Shown: positions 8,334-16,799 of the stretch, piece after piece | How the letters are laid out: every line of letters starts with the position of its first letter | Position numbering within the stretch: the stretch's first letter is position 1 | Origin: Dehalococcoidales bacterium | GTDB taxonomy: Bacteria > Chloroflexota > Dehalococcoidia > Dehalococcoidales > RBG-16-60-22 | NCBI GenBank assembly: GCA_041652735.1 | Contig: JBAZGT010000004.1 | Span: 21,916 to 85,915 of the forward strand | Length of the DNA stretch: 64,000 nucleotides | Direction of reading: 5' to 3' | Notes under the pieces: model-generated | Databases searched by the model: none | What the model was told of the DNA's origin: nothing | The model's input: only the letters and a program-made list of their open reading frames with translations | Translations under genes and position numbers: made by a program

Positions 8334-10139
8334 CTAAATTCCTATCGCCTTCTGCGGGCAGAGTTGCTGGCAGATGCCGCAGGCGTCACCGGCGCAGAGG
8401 GACGGCTCGATAAATACCTTGCCGTCCACGGTCTGGATGGCGCCGCAGCCCAGCTTGAGGCAGTAGCCGCACTGCACGCACTTTTCCGCGTCCACTTTCC
8501 GGGGATTGGCGCGCTTTTTCACCTGCATGGCGCAGGCGCCCCGCACGATAATGACGGACAGCACCGGCTGCGCCAGCGAGTCCCGCAAAGCGTCCCTTAA
8601 AGCCTTAACGTCGAAGGCGTTGACCACTTTTAAATCTTTCACGCCGATGCCCCGGCACAAGCTCTCGATATCCACGGCGTTGGTCGGCTCTCCCTGGGCG
8701 GAGATGCCGGTGCCGGGGTGCTCCTGGTGGCCGGTCATGGCAGTGGTGTGGTTGTCCAGTATCAAAATGGTGAAATGCCCGTCATTATAAACGGCGTCCA
8801 CCAGCCCGGTAATGCCGGAATGCATAAAGGTGGAGTCGCCGATAACCGCCACCACCTTGCTCTTCACGCCGGCTTTTTCCATGCCCATCGCCTGCCCGAT
8901 GCCCGCGCCCATGCAGGCGGTCGTGTCCAGGACGTTGAGGGGCGGGTAAGCGCCCAGCGTGTAGCAGCCGATGTCCCCGGTGATTATCAGCTTGGGCTCG
9001 GCGGGTCCTTTAGCTTCCAGCAGCTTATTGCGCTGCCCCAGGGTATTCAAAGTAAAGTAAATGCCGGTGTGGGGGCAGCCGGGACAGAGCAGGGGCGGGC
9101 GGCGGGGCAGTCCGTCAGCGGGGGACAGGATATCCGGTTTTTCCGTTTCCGGCAGCAGTCCGGCGCCGATGCCGCTTTCCGTGACGATGCGCGTGTTCAG
9201 CTCGCCCACCAGCGGGATAAACTCCTTGCCGGTTACCGGAATGCCCATCGACTTTATATTGTCCTGCAAAAACGGGTCCAGCTCCTCGATGACGATCAGC
9301 CGGTCAACGCTGGCCGCGAACTCTTTTATCATTTTTTCCGGCAGCGGCCAGGTCATGCCCAGCTTGAGGAAGGAGGCCTTGGGAAAGACCTCGCGGGCGT
9401 ACTGGTAAGCAACGCCGCTGGTCACGATGCCCAGTTTCCGCCCGTTGCGGATTATTTTGTTCATGGGGAAGGTTTCTGCGTATTCCTTCAGCCTTAACAG
9501 GCGTTTTTCGATAAATGCGTGGCGGGGTAAAGCGTTGACCGGCAGCATCACGTATTTCTGTACGTTGAAGTGAAAGGCCGGACTGGCGTTTTTCACCGTC
9601 CGAACGCCCTTTGCGTCCACCACCGACTTCGAGTGCGCGATGCGGGTGGTGGTGCGGAAAAGGACGGGCGTATCGAACTCCTCACTGATATCGAAGGCGT
9701 AGCCCATGAGGTCGTAAACGTCCTGGCTGTCGCCCGGCTCCAGCATCGGCACCTTGGCCAGGCGGGCATAATGACGGTTGTCCTGCTCGTTCTGGGAGCT
9801 GTGTATCTGGGGGTCGTCGGCGCAGACTACCACCAGCCCCCCGATGATGCCCGTCATGGAGGCCGCCATAAAGGGGTCGCTGGCTACGTTCAGCCCCACG
9901 TGCTTCATGGAGACCATGGCGCGCACCCCGGTGTAAGCCGCCCCCATCCCCACCTCCATGGCTACCTTCTCGTTGGTGGACCACTCGGCGTAGATATCCT
10001 TGAAGCGGGAGAGGTTTTCCATTATCTCCGTGCTGGGCGTGCCGGGGTAGGCGGCCGCCAGTTGAATGCCGGCGTGGTAAGCGCCGAGGGCCAGGGCTTC
10101 ATTACCGGAAAGCAGTTGCAAAGTCTTTGGTGTATTCAT
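8334..10139 (-). CDS. iorA: indolepyruvate:ferredoxin oxidoreductase subunit alpha (TPP-binding, C-terminal Fe-S)
   Basis: ORF track. 601 aa with ...GDIGCYTLG..., ...GDSTFMHSGITGL... and C-terminal CVQCGYCLKLGC...CGICQQLCP. Confidence 0.88.
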   Translation of the reverse strand: MNTPKTLQLLSGNEALALGAYHAGIQLAAAYPGTPSTEIMENLSRFKDIYAEWSTNEKVAMEVGMGAAYTGVRAMVSMKHVGLNVASDPFMAASMTGIIGGLVVVCADDPQIHSSQNEQDNRHYARLAKVPMLEPGDSQDVYDLMGYAFDISEEFDTPVLFRTTTRIAHSKSVVDAKGVRTVKNASPAFHFNVQKYVMLPVNALPRHAFIEKRLLRLKEYAETFPMNKIIRNGRKLGIVTSGVAYQYAREVFPKASFLKLGMTWPLPEKMIKEFAASVDRLIVIEELDPFLQDNIKSMGIPVTGKEFIPLVGELNTRIVTESGIGAGLLPETEKPDILSPADGLPRRPPLLCPGCPHTGIYFTLNTLGQRNKLLEAKGPAEPKLIITGDIGCYTLGAYPPLNVLDTTACMGAGIGQAMGMEKAGVKSKVVAVIGDSTFMHSGITGLVDAVYNDGHFTILILDNHTTAMTGHQEHPGTGISAQGEPTNAVDIESLCRGIGVKDLKVVNAFDVKALRDALRDSLAQPVLSVIIVRGACAMQVKKRANPRKVDAEKCVQCGYCLKLGCGAIQTVDGKVFIEPSLCAGDACGICQQLCPQKAIGI

Positions 10140-10167
10140 AAACGCATTTCACTAATGTTTTTAGTAT

Positions 10168-10197
10168 ATTATATCAGAAAGCGTAGAAAATATGCAA
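10168..10197 (-). promoter_or_regulatory. candidate sigma-70 promoter for iorA
   Basis: Read on the minus strand: TTGCAT (10197-10192), an 18-nt spacer, then TATAAT (10173-10168). It lies about 30 nt upstream of the iorA ATG at 10139. Confidence 0.5.
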
Positions 10198-10218
10198 TAT
10201 AGTGCGCATCAAGACATA

Positions 10219-10234
10219 TGTGAAATAGTTCACA
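10219..10234. promoter_or_regulatory. perfect CRP/FNR-type palindrome TGTGA-N6-TCACA
   Basis: TGTGAaatagtTCACA read directly from the sequence. Its centre lies about 65 nt upstream of the transcription start predicted for the iorA promoter. Confidence 0.4.
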
Positions 10235-10326
10235 CTTTTAAATTTTACCATAGATACGAGGCCAGCTACAACGTCGCGCGGGGCTAATATGCCGCCGCTC
10301 ATGGGGAAAAGGATTATGTGCCACAG

Positions 10327-10355
10327 TTGACATCTTTTATCCGGCATGTTATATT
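10327..10355 (+). promoter_or_regulatory. sigma-70 promoter of the Fur-family regulator / metal-uptake operon
   Basis: TTGACA (10327-10332), a 17-nt spacer, then TATATT (10350-10355). Confidence 0.6.
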
Positions 10356-10357
10356 GC

Positions 10358-10380
10358 TAACTGAAAACCATTTTCAATTA
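10358..10380. promoter_or_regulatory. candidate Fur/Zur-type operator (AT-rich palindrome over the transcription start)
   Basis: TAACTGAAAAccaTTTTCAATTA forms 10-nt arms with one mismatch and a 3-nt centre. It lies immediately downstream of the -10 element and 11 nt before the regulator ATG. Confidence 0.5.
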
Positions 10381-10390
10381 GCAGGCTGAA

Positions 10391-10837
10391 ATGTACTACA
10401 CGCAGAAGAAAATAGAAAGCACTTTAAGGCAGCGCGGCTACAAGATAACGCCGCAGCGCCGCTCCGTTATTTCCGTGATTCTTAACGCGAGGGAGCACCT
10501 CACGCCCACGGCCATTCATGAAAAAGTCCACCGCGAGCACCCCTCGGTGGGGCTGGTGACCATTTACCGCACCCTGGAGATGCTGGCGGAGCTGGGGCTT
10601 ATCTGTGAAACGCACGCCGGGGGTAGCTGCCGCAGCTATCTGATACGCCGCCCCGCCGGGCACCACCACCACCTGATTTGCTCGGACTGCGGCCGGGTCA
10701 TAGACTTTACGGACTGCGGCCTAGGCGAGCTGGAGCGCCGGCTCAGCGCGGAGACCAGTTTCAAAATTAACGGCCATCTGCTAGAGTTCCTGGGACAGTG
10801 CCGGGAGTGCAGCCTGACCGCCGGCGCCGCCAAATAA
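10391..10837 (+). CDS. Fur-family metalloregulator (probably Zur-like)
   Basis: ORF track. ...TPQRRSVISVIL...LVTIYRTLEMLAELGLI...HHHHLICSDCGRVIDF...C..C. It sits at the head of a metal ABC transporter operon. Confidence 0.85.
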   Translation: MYYTQKKIESTLRQRGYKITPQRRSVISVILNAREHLTPTAIHEKVHREHPSVGLVTIYRTLEMLAELGLICETHAGGSCRSYLIRRPAGHHHHLICSDCGRVIDFTDCGLGELERRLSAETSFKINGHLLEFLGQCRECSLTAGAAK

Positions 10838-10887
10838 TTACCAAGACAAGAGAAAGGGATGAAGGGCAGCCTTCACACGGTAGCATC

Positions 10888-11865
10888 ATGAACGTTCGGG
10901 GACATGGCATTTTTCACCAAAAGGGCCAGAATAGTAGCAAGATATGGGGCAGATTCGCGTTGTTTTTCGTACTCATTGTACTACTCCCTTTTACCACGCT
11001 GGCCTGTCAGCCGGGCGCCGGAACAAGTAACAGCGGCAAGAAATCTATCGTCGTTACCTATTCCGTCCTCGGCTCCATAGTTAAAGACCTGGTCGGTGAT
11101 CAGGCCGATGTAACAGTCTCCATTCCCAACGGACTGGACCCGCATGAATGGGAGCCGTCCGCGAAAGACATCGAGGCAATCAACAAAGCCGACCTGGTGG
11201 TGGAAAACGGGATGGAGCTGGAGGGCGGCATGGAAAAGACGCTTCAAACCGCCAGGGACAACGGAGTCAGGTTTTTTACTGTGTCCAATCACATTACGGT
11301 GCGTCATGTCGGGACCGGAGAAGGAATTCCTTCCGGCGACCCCGACCAGGCAGTTGGCGCCGCTGACCCTCACATCTGGATGGACCCTTTAACCATGAAA
11401 AGTGTCGTCCAGGCGCTCGCTCCTGTGCTGACTCAAGAACTCAATCTGGATGTAACCGACCGGGCGGTGGAATTGGCAAGCCAGCTGGACAGCCTTAACG
11501 CCGAAGTGGCGCAGACGGTGGCCCAGGTACCCTTAAGCGAACGCAAACTCGTCACCGGACACGAGTCCATGGGATACTTTGCGCAGCGCTACGATTTCCA
11601 GCTTATCGGGGTAATCGTTCCCAGCCTATCTTCACAGGCGGAAGTATCAGCGGCAGACCTGGCGGCGCTAAAGACAGTCATCCGGGATAACCAGGTAAAG
11701 GCGATATTTACCGAGCTTGGCACATCGCCGGTCGTCGCCAAAGCCATCGGGGATGAAACGGGGATTAAGGTGATAGAGCTTACAACGCATGCGCTGCCGT
11801 CTGATGGTTCTTATTTTACATTCATGCGTGACCTCGCAGCGACCATCGTTAATGCATTAAAATAG
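10888..11865 (+). CDS. metal (Zn/Mn-type) ABC transporter substrate-binding protein, cluster A-I (ZnuA/TroA-like)
   Basis: Track ORF 10798-11865. The start is probably ATG at 10888 (MNVRGHG...KIWGRFALFFVLIVLLPFTTLAC, a signal/lipobox-like sequence). Also ...DPHEWEPS..., ...DPHIWMDP.... Confidence 0.82.
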   Translation: MNVRGHGIFHQKGQNSSKIWGRFALFFVLIVLLPFTTLACQPGAGTSNSGKKSIVVTYSVLGSIVKDLVGDQADVTVSIPNGLDPHEWEPSAKDIEAINKADLVVENGMELEGGMEKTLQTARDNGVRFFTVSNHITVRHVGTGEGIPSGDPDQAVGAADPHIWMDPLTMKSVVQALAPVLTQELNLDVTDRAVELASQLDSLNAEVAQTVAQVPLSERKLVTGHESMGYFAQRYDFQLIGVIVPSLSSQAEVSAADLAALKTVIRDNQVKAIFTELGTSPVVAKAIGDETGIKVIELTTHALPSDGSYFTFMRDLAATIVNALK

Positions 11866-11873
11866 AAATAGTC

Positions 11874-12722
11874 ATGTTTTTAATAACGCCATTTTCCACC
11901 AATGCTTTCATGCTCCAGGCCCTTATCGCCGGAATTCTGGTTTCCATCGCCTGCGCGGTTGCCGGGACTTTCGTTATTTTACGCGGTCTGGCTTTTATCG
12001 GGGACGCGCTGGCGCACGGTGTATTGCCCGGCATCGCTTTAGCGATACTGTTAGGTTTCCCCGGTATCATCGGCGCGGCGATTGGCTCTGTGTTCATGAT
12101 AGGCGGCATCACGCTGATTACGCAGAAGTCACGGCTGTCCTCTGATACGGCCATCGGGCTTTTATTTGTCGGGATGCTAGCGCTCGGCGTATTGATTGTT
12201 TCCCGCTCCAACTCATTCAGCGGCGACCTTACACGTATACTGTTTGGCGAGATTCTGGGTATCAGCAAGTCATCAATAGTTATTCAGTTTATCGCGACGA
12301 TTGTTATCGCGGCGGTTGCTATCATCTGCGCCCGGCCTTTCCTGTTGCTGAGCTTTGACCCGGAACAGGCGGAGGTGGCCGGTTTTCCGGTGCGTCTTTA
12401 TCACAACATCATGCTCTTCATGGTCGCGGCGACGGTAATCGTCTCTTTCCAGACGGTGGGCACGCTGCTCGTTTTCGGTTTGCTCATCGCCCCGGCCGGC
12501 GCCGGCGCCCTCTTGGCGCGGCGTATTGAAGTAATGATGGCCTGGGCCGCACTCTTCGGGGCATTATCAATGTATTCCGGCTTACTGATAAGCTATTATT
12601 TCAACCTGGCAGCCGGCGCTTCTATCATCATGGTGGCCATAATCATATTTTTTATCGTGTTTATTATAAAGAACATGGGCAGTCGGCGGGCCGTTATGCC
12701 GCAGGAGAAAGCCCATGACTAG
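11874..12722 (+). CDS. metal ABC transporter permease (ZnuB/TroCD-like)
   Basis: ORF track. 282-aa polytopic protein, ...GDALAHGVLPGIA... Confidence 0.85.
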   Translation: MFLITPFSTNAFMLQALIAGILVSIACAVAGTFVILRGLAFIGDALAHGVLPGIALAILLGFPGIIGAAIGSVFMIGGITLITQKSRLSSDTAIGLLFVGMLALGVLIVSRSNSFSGDLTRILFGEILGISKSSIVIQFIATIVIAAVAIICARPFLLLSFDPEQAEVAGFPVRLYHNIMLFMVAATVIVSFQTVGTLLVFGLLIAPAGAGALLARRIEVMMAWAALFGALSMYSGLLISYYFNLAAGASIIMVAIIIFFIVFIIKNMGSRRAVMPQEKAHD

Positions 12723-13542
12723 CCGGGAAAAGATAGCGGCCGCACCGGCTCCTGCCGGGAATCTCCCGATGCAGGCGGAAAAACTGGATATAGGCTATTC
12801 CGGCGATGTGGTGGTGGCCGATATTAATTTTGGATTGAAACCCGGCGAAGCGCTCGGTCTCATCGGTACTAACGGCTGCGGTAAATCAACCCTCCTAAAA
12901 ACAATAGTTGGACTGCTGCCGATGCTGGCGGGCCGGCTATCAGTCTTCGGTATGCCCCCCGGCGGCAATCACTCCCGGATTGCCTATCTCGGGCAGTTCC
13001 ATTCTTCCGGGTTCGTCCTGCCGATACGGGCCATTGATGTCGTGCGCATGGGGCGCTTCCCTCTCCACGGATTATGGAGACGTATGAACCAGCAGGACGA
13101 AGAAATTGTGCTTGCGGCCATGCAGACCATGGGCGTCGCAAAACTGGCCGAATATCCGTTACGTTCACTTTCCGGCGGCCAGCAGCAGCGGGTCTATCTC
13201 GCCCAGGTACTGGCGCATCGGGCTGACCTCCTGGTCCTTGATGAGCCGGCCACGGGATTGGATGCCGGAGGAAAAGAGCTTTATTTAAGGGCAATTAGAG
13301 GAGAACTGCTCCGCGGGGCCGCCGTCGTCATGGCGACCCATGATATTCAAGAAGAAGCGGCGCTTTGCCGGCAGGTAATGCTGATGGCGCGGAAGGTGGT
13401 AGCTATAGGCACGCCGCAAGACGTACTGACGCCGGATGCCCTGCTGAAAACTTTCGGCATCGTAGTTACCGGGGATAAACGACTGCAGGTGATTGAAACC
13501 CATCACGGTCACGGCGGCTCCGAGCCGCCCGCTACAAAGTAA
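12715..13542 (+). CDS. metal ABC transporter ATP-binding protein (ZnuC-like)
   Basis: ORF track. Walker A GTNGCGKST, signature LSGGQQQRV and Walker B LLVLDEP are present. Confidence 0.88.
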   Translation: MTSREKIAAAPAPAGNLPMQAEKLDIGYSGDVVVADINFGLKPGEALGLIGTNGCGKSTLLKTIVGLLPMLAGRLSVFGMPPGGNHSRIAYLGQFHSSGFVLPIRAIDVVRMGRFPLHGLWRRMNQQDEEIVLAAMQTMGVAKLAEYPLRSLSGGQQQRVYLAQVLAHRADLLVLDEPATGLDAGGKELYLRAIRGELLRGAAVVMATHDIQEEAALCRQVMLMARKVVAIGTPQDVLTPDALLKTFGIVVTGDKRLQVIETHHGHGGSEPPATK

Positions 13543-13617
13543 GAGTAAACGGACTTTTAGCGTAAATCTCTATCCATACGTACCCCGGAGAAAACTTTCC
13601 ATCAGGCACGCTAACCA

Positions 13618-13646
13618 TTGTGAAAATGCCCCCGGTCTCTTATACT
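13618..13646 (+). promoter_or_regulatory. candidate sigma-70 promoter for the PhzF-like gene
   Basis: TTGTGA (13618-13623), a 17-nt spacer, then TATACT (13641-13646). Confidence 0.4.
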
Positions 13647-13666
13647 CTATACTGAATGGGGACATT

Positions 13667-14512
13667 ATGATGGATTCCACCCGGGATAAAGCCATAACCC
13701 AAACCGGCATCTTCAAAGTAAATGCCTTCGTGGCGGAGGGGTGTAAAGGCAATCCCGCCGGGGTATGCCTGTTGCCGCGGGCGCGGGAGGACGATTATTA
13801 TATTAAAGTTGCCGTCAAAATGGCCGCTGCCGAGACGGCTTTTATTTATGAAGAAAATGATATTTACCGCCTGAGGTGGTTTACCCTCTCCGGCCGCGAG
13901 GTCGCCCTGTGCGGTCACGCCACTCTGGCCGCCGCCGGCATTTTGTGGGACAAGGGGTATGTTAGCCCGGAGAAAACAATCCGTTTTACCACCAAGAGCG
14001 GTATTTTAAAGGCGGCGCGGGACGGCGACTATATTACTTTGGACTTTCCCCGCCCTGAAATCACGGAAATAAAGAACCGGGAACAAGACATTAAGCAGGC
14101 TACGGGGCTTGCCCCGCTTTTTATCGGCCAGACCGCCTTTGATTACCTGGTGGTGGTCGGTTCGGAAGCCGCCGTAAAAGCCTATAAGCCGGATTTTGAG
14201 CAATTGAAGAAGCTGGACGGACGCGGTATCAGCATCACCGCCCGGGCCGCCGGCAGGGACTACGACTTTGTTTCCCGCTTCTTCGCGCCGTCTATCGGCA
14301 TTAATGAAGACCCGGTAACCGGCTCCGCCCATTGCGCGCTGGCGGTTTACTGGGGCGGGGTATTGCGCAAATCAGGCATGCTGGGCTACCAGACATCACG
14401 GGAGGGGGGGATGGTCAGGGTTGACCTGCTTAAGGACAGGGTGCTGCTCGGCGGCAGAACTAAAGAGACTGCTATCCCGGCGGCGATGCGCCAATTGATT
14501 CTTTCCTGGTAG
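13667..14512 (+). CDS. PhzF-family isomerase-like protein
   Basis: Track ORF 13493-14512. The likely start is ATG at 13667 (MMDSTRDKAITQTGIFKVNAFVAEGCKGNPAGVCLL...). Also ...GHATLAAA... and ...DPVTGSAHCAL.... Confidence 0.8.
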   Translation: MMDSTRDKAITQTGIFKVNAFVAEGCKGNPAGVCLLPRAREDDYYIKVAVKMAAAETAFIYEENDIYRLRWFTLSGREVALCGHATLAAAGILWDKGYVSPEKTIRFTTKSGILKAARDGDYITLDFPRPEITEIKNREQDIKQATGLAPLFIGQTAFDYLVVVGSEAAVKAYKPDFEQLKKLDGRGISITARAAGRDYDFVSRFFAPSIGINEDPVTGSAHCALAVYWGGVLRKSGMLGYQTSREGGMVRVDLLKDRVLLGGRTKETAIPAAMRQLILSW

Positions 14513-14542
14513 CGCCGCCGGATGCTTTAATGGGGGAAACTT

Positions 14543-15979
14543 ATGTGGACGCGGGAGAGCCTGGGGCAACTCGTTAAGGAAAAGCTGTCGCGCTACCTGC
14601 TGGTGGTCGTCTCCAACCGCGAGCCGTACGTGCATACCCTGGCGGGCGATAAGATAACCTGGCATCAGCCCGTGGGCGGCCTCACCGAGGCGCTGGACCC
14701 CGTGCTGCGCTCTTCCGGCGGCACCTGGGTCGCCCAGGGCAGCGGGGACGCCGACCGCAAGGTGGTAGATGCCGCCGACCGCGTGGCCGTGCCGCCGGAC
14801 CGGCCGGAATACACCCTGCGCCGGGTGTGGCTGACCCAGGAGGAAGTCAACGGCTACTACCTGGGCTTTGCCAACGAGGGGCTCTGGCCTTTATGCCACA
14901 CCACCTCCGTGCCGCCGGTCTTCCGGGACGGCGACTGGCTCACCTATAAGAAAGTTAACCGGATTTTCGCCGATGCGGTCGCGCAGGAGATAGGCGGCCG
15001 GCGCGCTTTGGTGCTGGTGCAGGACTATCATTTCGCCCTGCTGGCCAGCTATATCCGGGCGCAAAACCCGGGGCTGACCATCGGCCAGTTCTGGCACATC
15101 CCTTGGCCTTCTTTTAAAGTGCTGCGCACCTGCCCCTGGTACGGGGAAATACTGGCGGGGCTGCTGGGCAACGATTTGCTCGGTTTCCACACGCCGTCTT
15201 ACTGCCGTAATTTTAAAGAGTCGGTGGAGGATGCCGCGGTGAACGGCGCCACCGCGGTGGAAGCTTTCCCCATCAGCGTGGACTTCCGGAAAATTTCCGG
15301 CGATGCCGCCGCTCCCGAAGTAGAGCGGGAGATGGACAGCCTGCGTCGCGAGTTCAACCTGGAAGGCAAGTACGTCGGCATCGGCATGGACAGATTGGAC
15401 TATACCAAGGGTATTCCGGAGCGACTCCAGGCGCTGGACAGGTTTCTGGAAGATAATTCCCGCTACCTCGGCCGGGTGGTCTTTATCCAGGCCGGTATGC
15501 CCAGCCGCACGCAGGTGGGGATTTACGAACAGTTGGACCGCCGCGTGGACGAACTTATCCGCGGCCTCAACCAGAAATACGGCACCGCTTCCTGGCAGCC
15601 GGTAATTCCTCTAATGCGGCAGCTTACGCCGGTCACCCTGAACGCTTTGCGGCGTCTGGCCCATTTCTGCGTGGTCAGCTCCCTGCATGACGGCATGAAC
15701 CTGGTAGCCAAGGAATACGTTGCCGCCCGGACGGATGACGACGGCGTTTTGATATTGAGCAAGTTCACCGGCGCCGCCGAGGAGCTGGCGGAGGCCGTTT
15801 TCATCGACCCCCGCGTCATCGGGGAGTTTGCCGGTAAAATCAAAGAAGCCATCGAGATGCCGGAGGAGGAGCGGCGGCGCCGCATGTCCGCCCTGCGCCG
15901 GACGGTGGCGGAAAACAATATCTACAAGTGGGGAGCCTCCATGCTCTCCCGGCTGGCGGCCATCGCGGAGGAAAAATGA
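14543..15979 (+). CDS. otsA: alpha,alpha-trehalose-phosphate synthase (GT20)
   Basis: ORF track. ...LVVVSNREPY...GGLTEAL...GFANEGLWPLCH...VQDYHF...GMNLVAKEY. Confidence 0.85.
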   Translation: MWTRESLGQLVKEKLSRYLLVVVSNREPYVHTLAGDKITWHQPVGGLTEALDPVLRSSGGTWVAQGSGDADRKVVDAADRVAVPPDRPEYTLRRVWLTQEEVNGYYLGFANEGLWPLCHTTSVPPVFRDGDWLTYKKVNRIFADAVAQEIGGRRALVLVQDYHFALLASYIRAQNPGLTIGQFWHIPWPSFKVLRTCPWYGEILAGLLGNDLLGFHTPSYCRNFKESVEDAAVNGATAVEAFPISVDFRKISGDAAAPEVEREMDSLRREFNLEGKYVGIGMDRLDYTKGIPERLQALDRFLEDNSRYLGRVVFIQAGMPSRTQVGIYEQLDRRVDELIRGLNQKYGTASWQPVIPLMRQLTPVTLNALRRLAHFCVVSSLHDGMNLVAKEYVAARTDDDGVLILSKFTGAAEELAEAVFIDPRVIGEFAGKIKEAIEMPEEERRRRMSALRRTVAENNIYKWGASMLSRLAAIAEEK

Positions 15980-16782
15980 AACACCTTTTCAAAAAATGGG
16001 CTAACTTCGCGGCGGACCGCCGCGCGGCGTCTCATTTGCTGCTGCTGGCGGACTATGACGGCACCCTCACGCCGATAGTCGGAAAACCGGCGGATGCCGT
16101 CCTCTCCTCCAGCGTGAAAGACAAGCTGCAAACGCTGGCGGCCAGGTCGGACGTAAGCCTGGGGGTCATCAGCGGGCGGGAGCTGGCGGAAATAGCGTCG
16201 CTGGTGGGCATCAAGGGCATTTATTACGCCGGCAACCACGGGCTGGAAATGGAGGGGCCGGGGCTGGAATATACCGGCCCGGCCAAGTCCATCTTCATCG
16301 GGGTGGCCATGGCGGAGATGGCGGCAAAGATAGCCGCGGCCCTGGCGGATGTCCCCGGCATTATCATCCAGGACAAGGGCTTGAGCCTGAGCGTCCATTA
16401 CCGGCTGGCGCCGGAAAGTGAAGAAGCGCGCATTGCTGGGGTAGTGCGGCAGGTGGCCGAGGGGTGGGTCAAGTCCCGGAAAATACAAATCTTCGGCATG
16501 AAAAAAGTCTGGGAAATCCGCCCGCTGCTGGACTGGGACAAAGGCAAAGCCGTGCAGTCCATCCAGAGTGAGATAATCAGGAAGCTAAAACCCGACCGCC
16601 TGCTGACCGTCTTTTTAGGCGATGACACCACCGATGAGGACGCTTTCAAGGTGCTCCGCCGCCCCTCCGGCTGGAGCGTTTTTGTGGGGGAGGGGGATAA
16701 AACTTCCGCCGCCGCATATTACCTGGTCTCACCCGCCGAGGTGGAAGAGTTCCTGTCCCGCCTTATTGAAATGAAGCTGTAG
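15976..16782 (+). CDS. otsB: trehalose-phosphatase (HAD family)
   Basis: Track ORF 15928-16782. The start is probably ATG at 15976, which overlaps the otsA TGA (ATGA). ...LLLADYDGTLTPIV...GDDTTDEDAF. Confidence 0.82.
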   Translation: MKHLFKKWANFAADRRAASHLLLLADYDGTLTPIVGKPADAVLSSSVKDKLQTLAARSDVSLGVISGRELAEIASLVGIKGIYYAGNHGLEMEGPGLEYTGPAKSIFIGVAMAEMAAKIAAALADVPGIIIQDKGLSLSVHYRLAPESEEARIAGVVRQVAEGWVKSRKIQIFGMKKVWEIRPLLDWDKGKAVQSIQSEIIRKLKPDRLLTVFLGDDTTDEDAFKVLRRPSGWSVFVGEGDKTSAAAYYLVSPAEVEEFLSRLIEMKL

Positions 16783-16799
16783 TCCGGCGGTAGTCCCGC

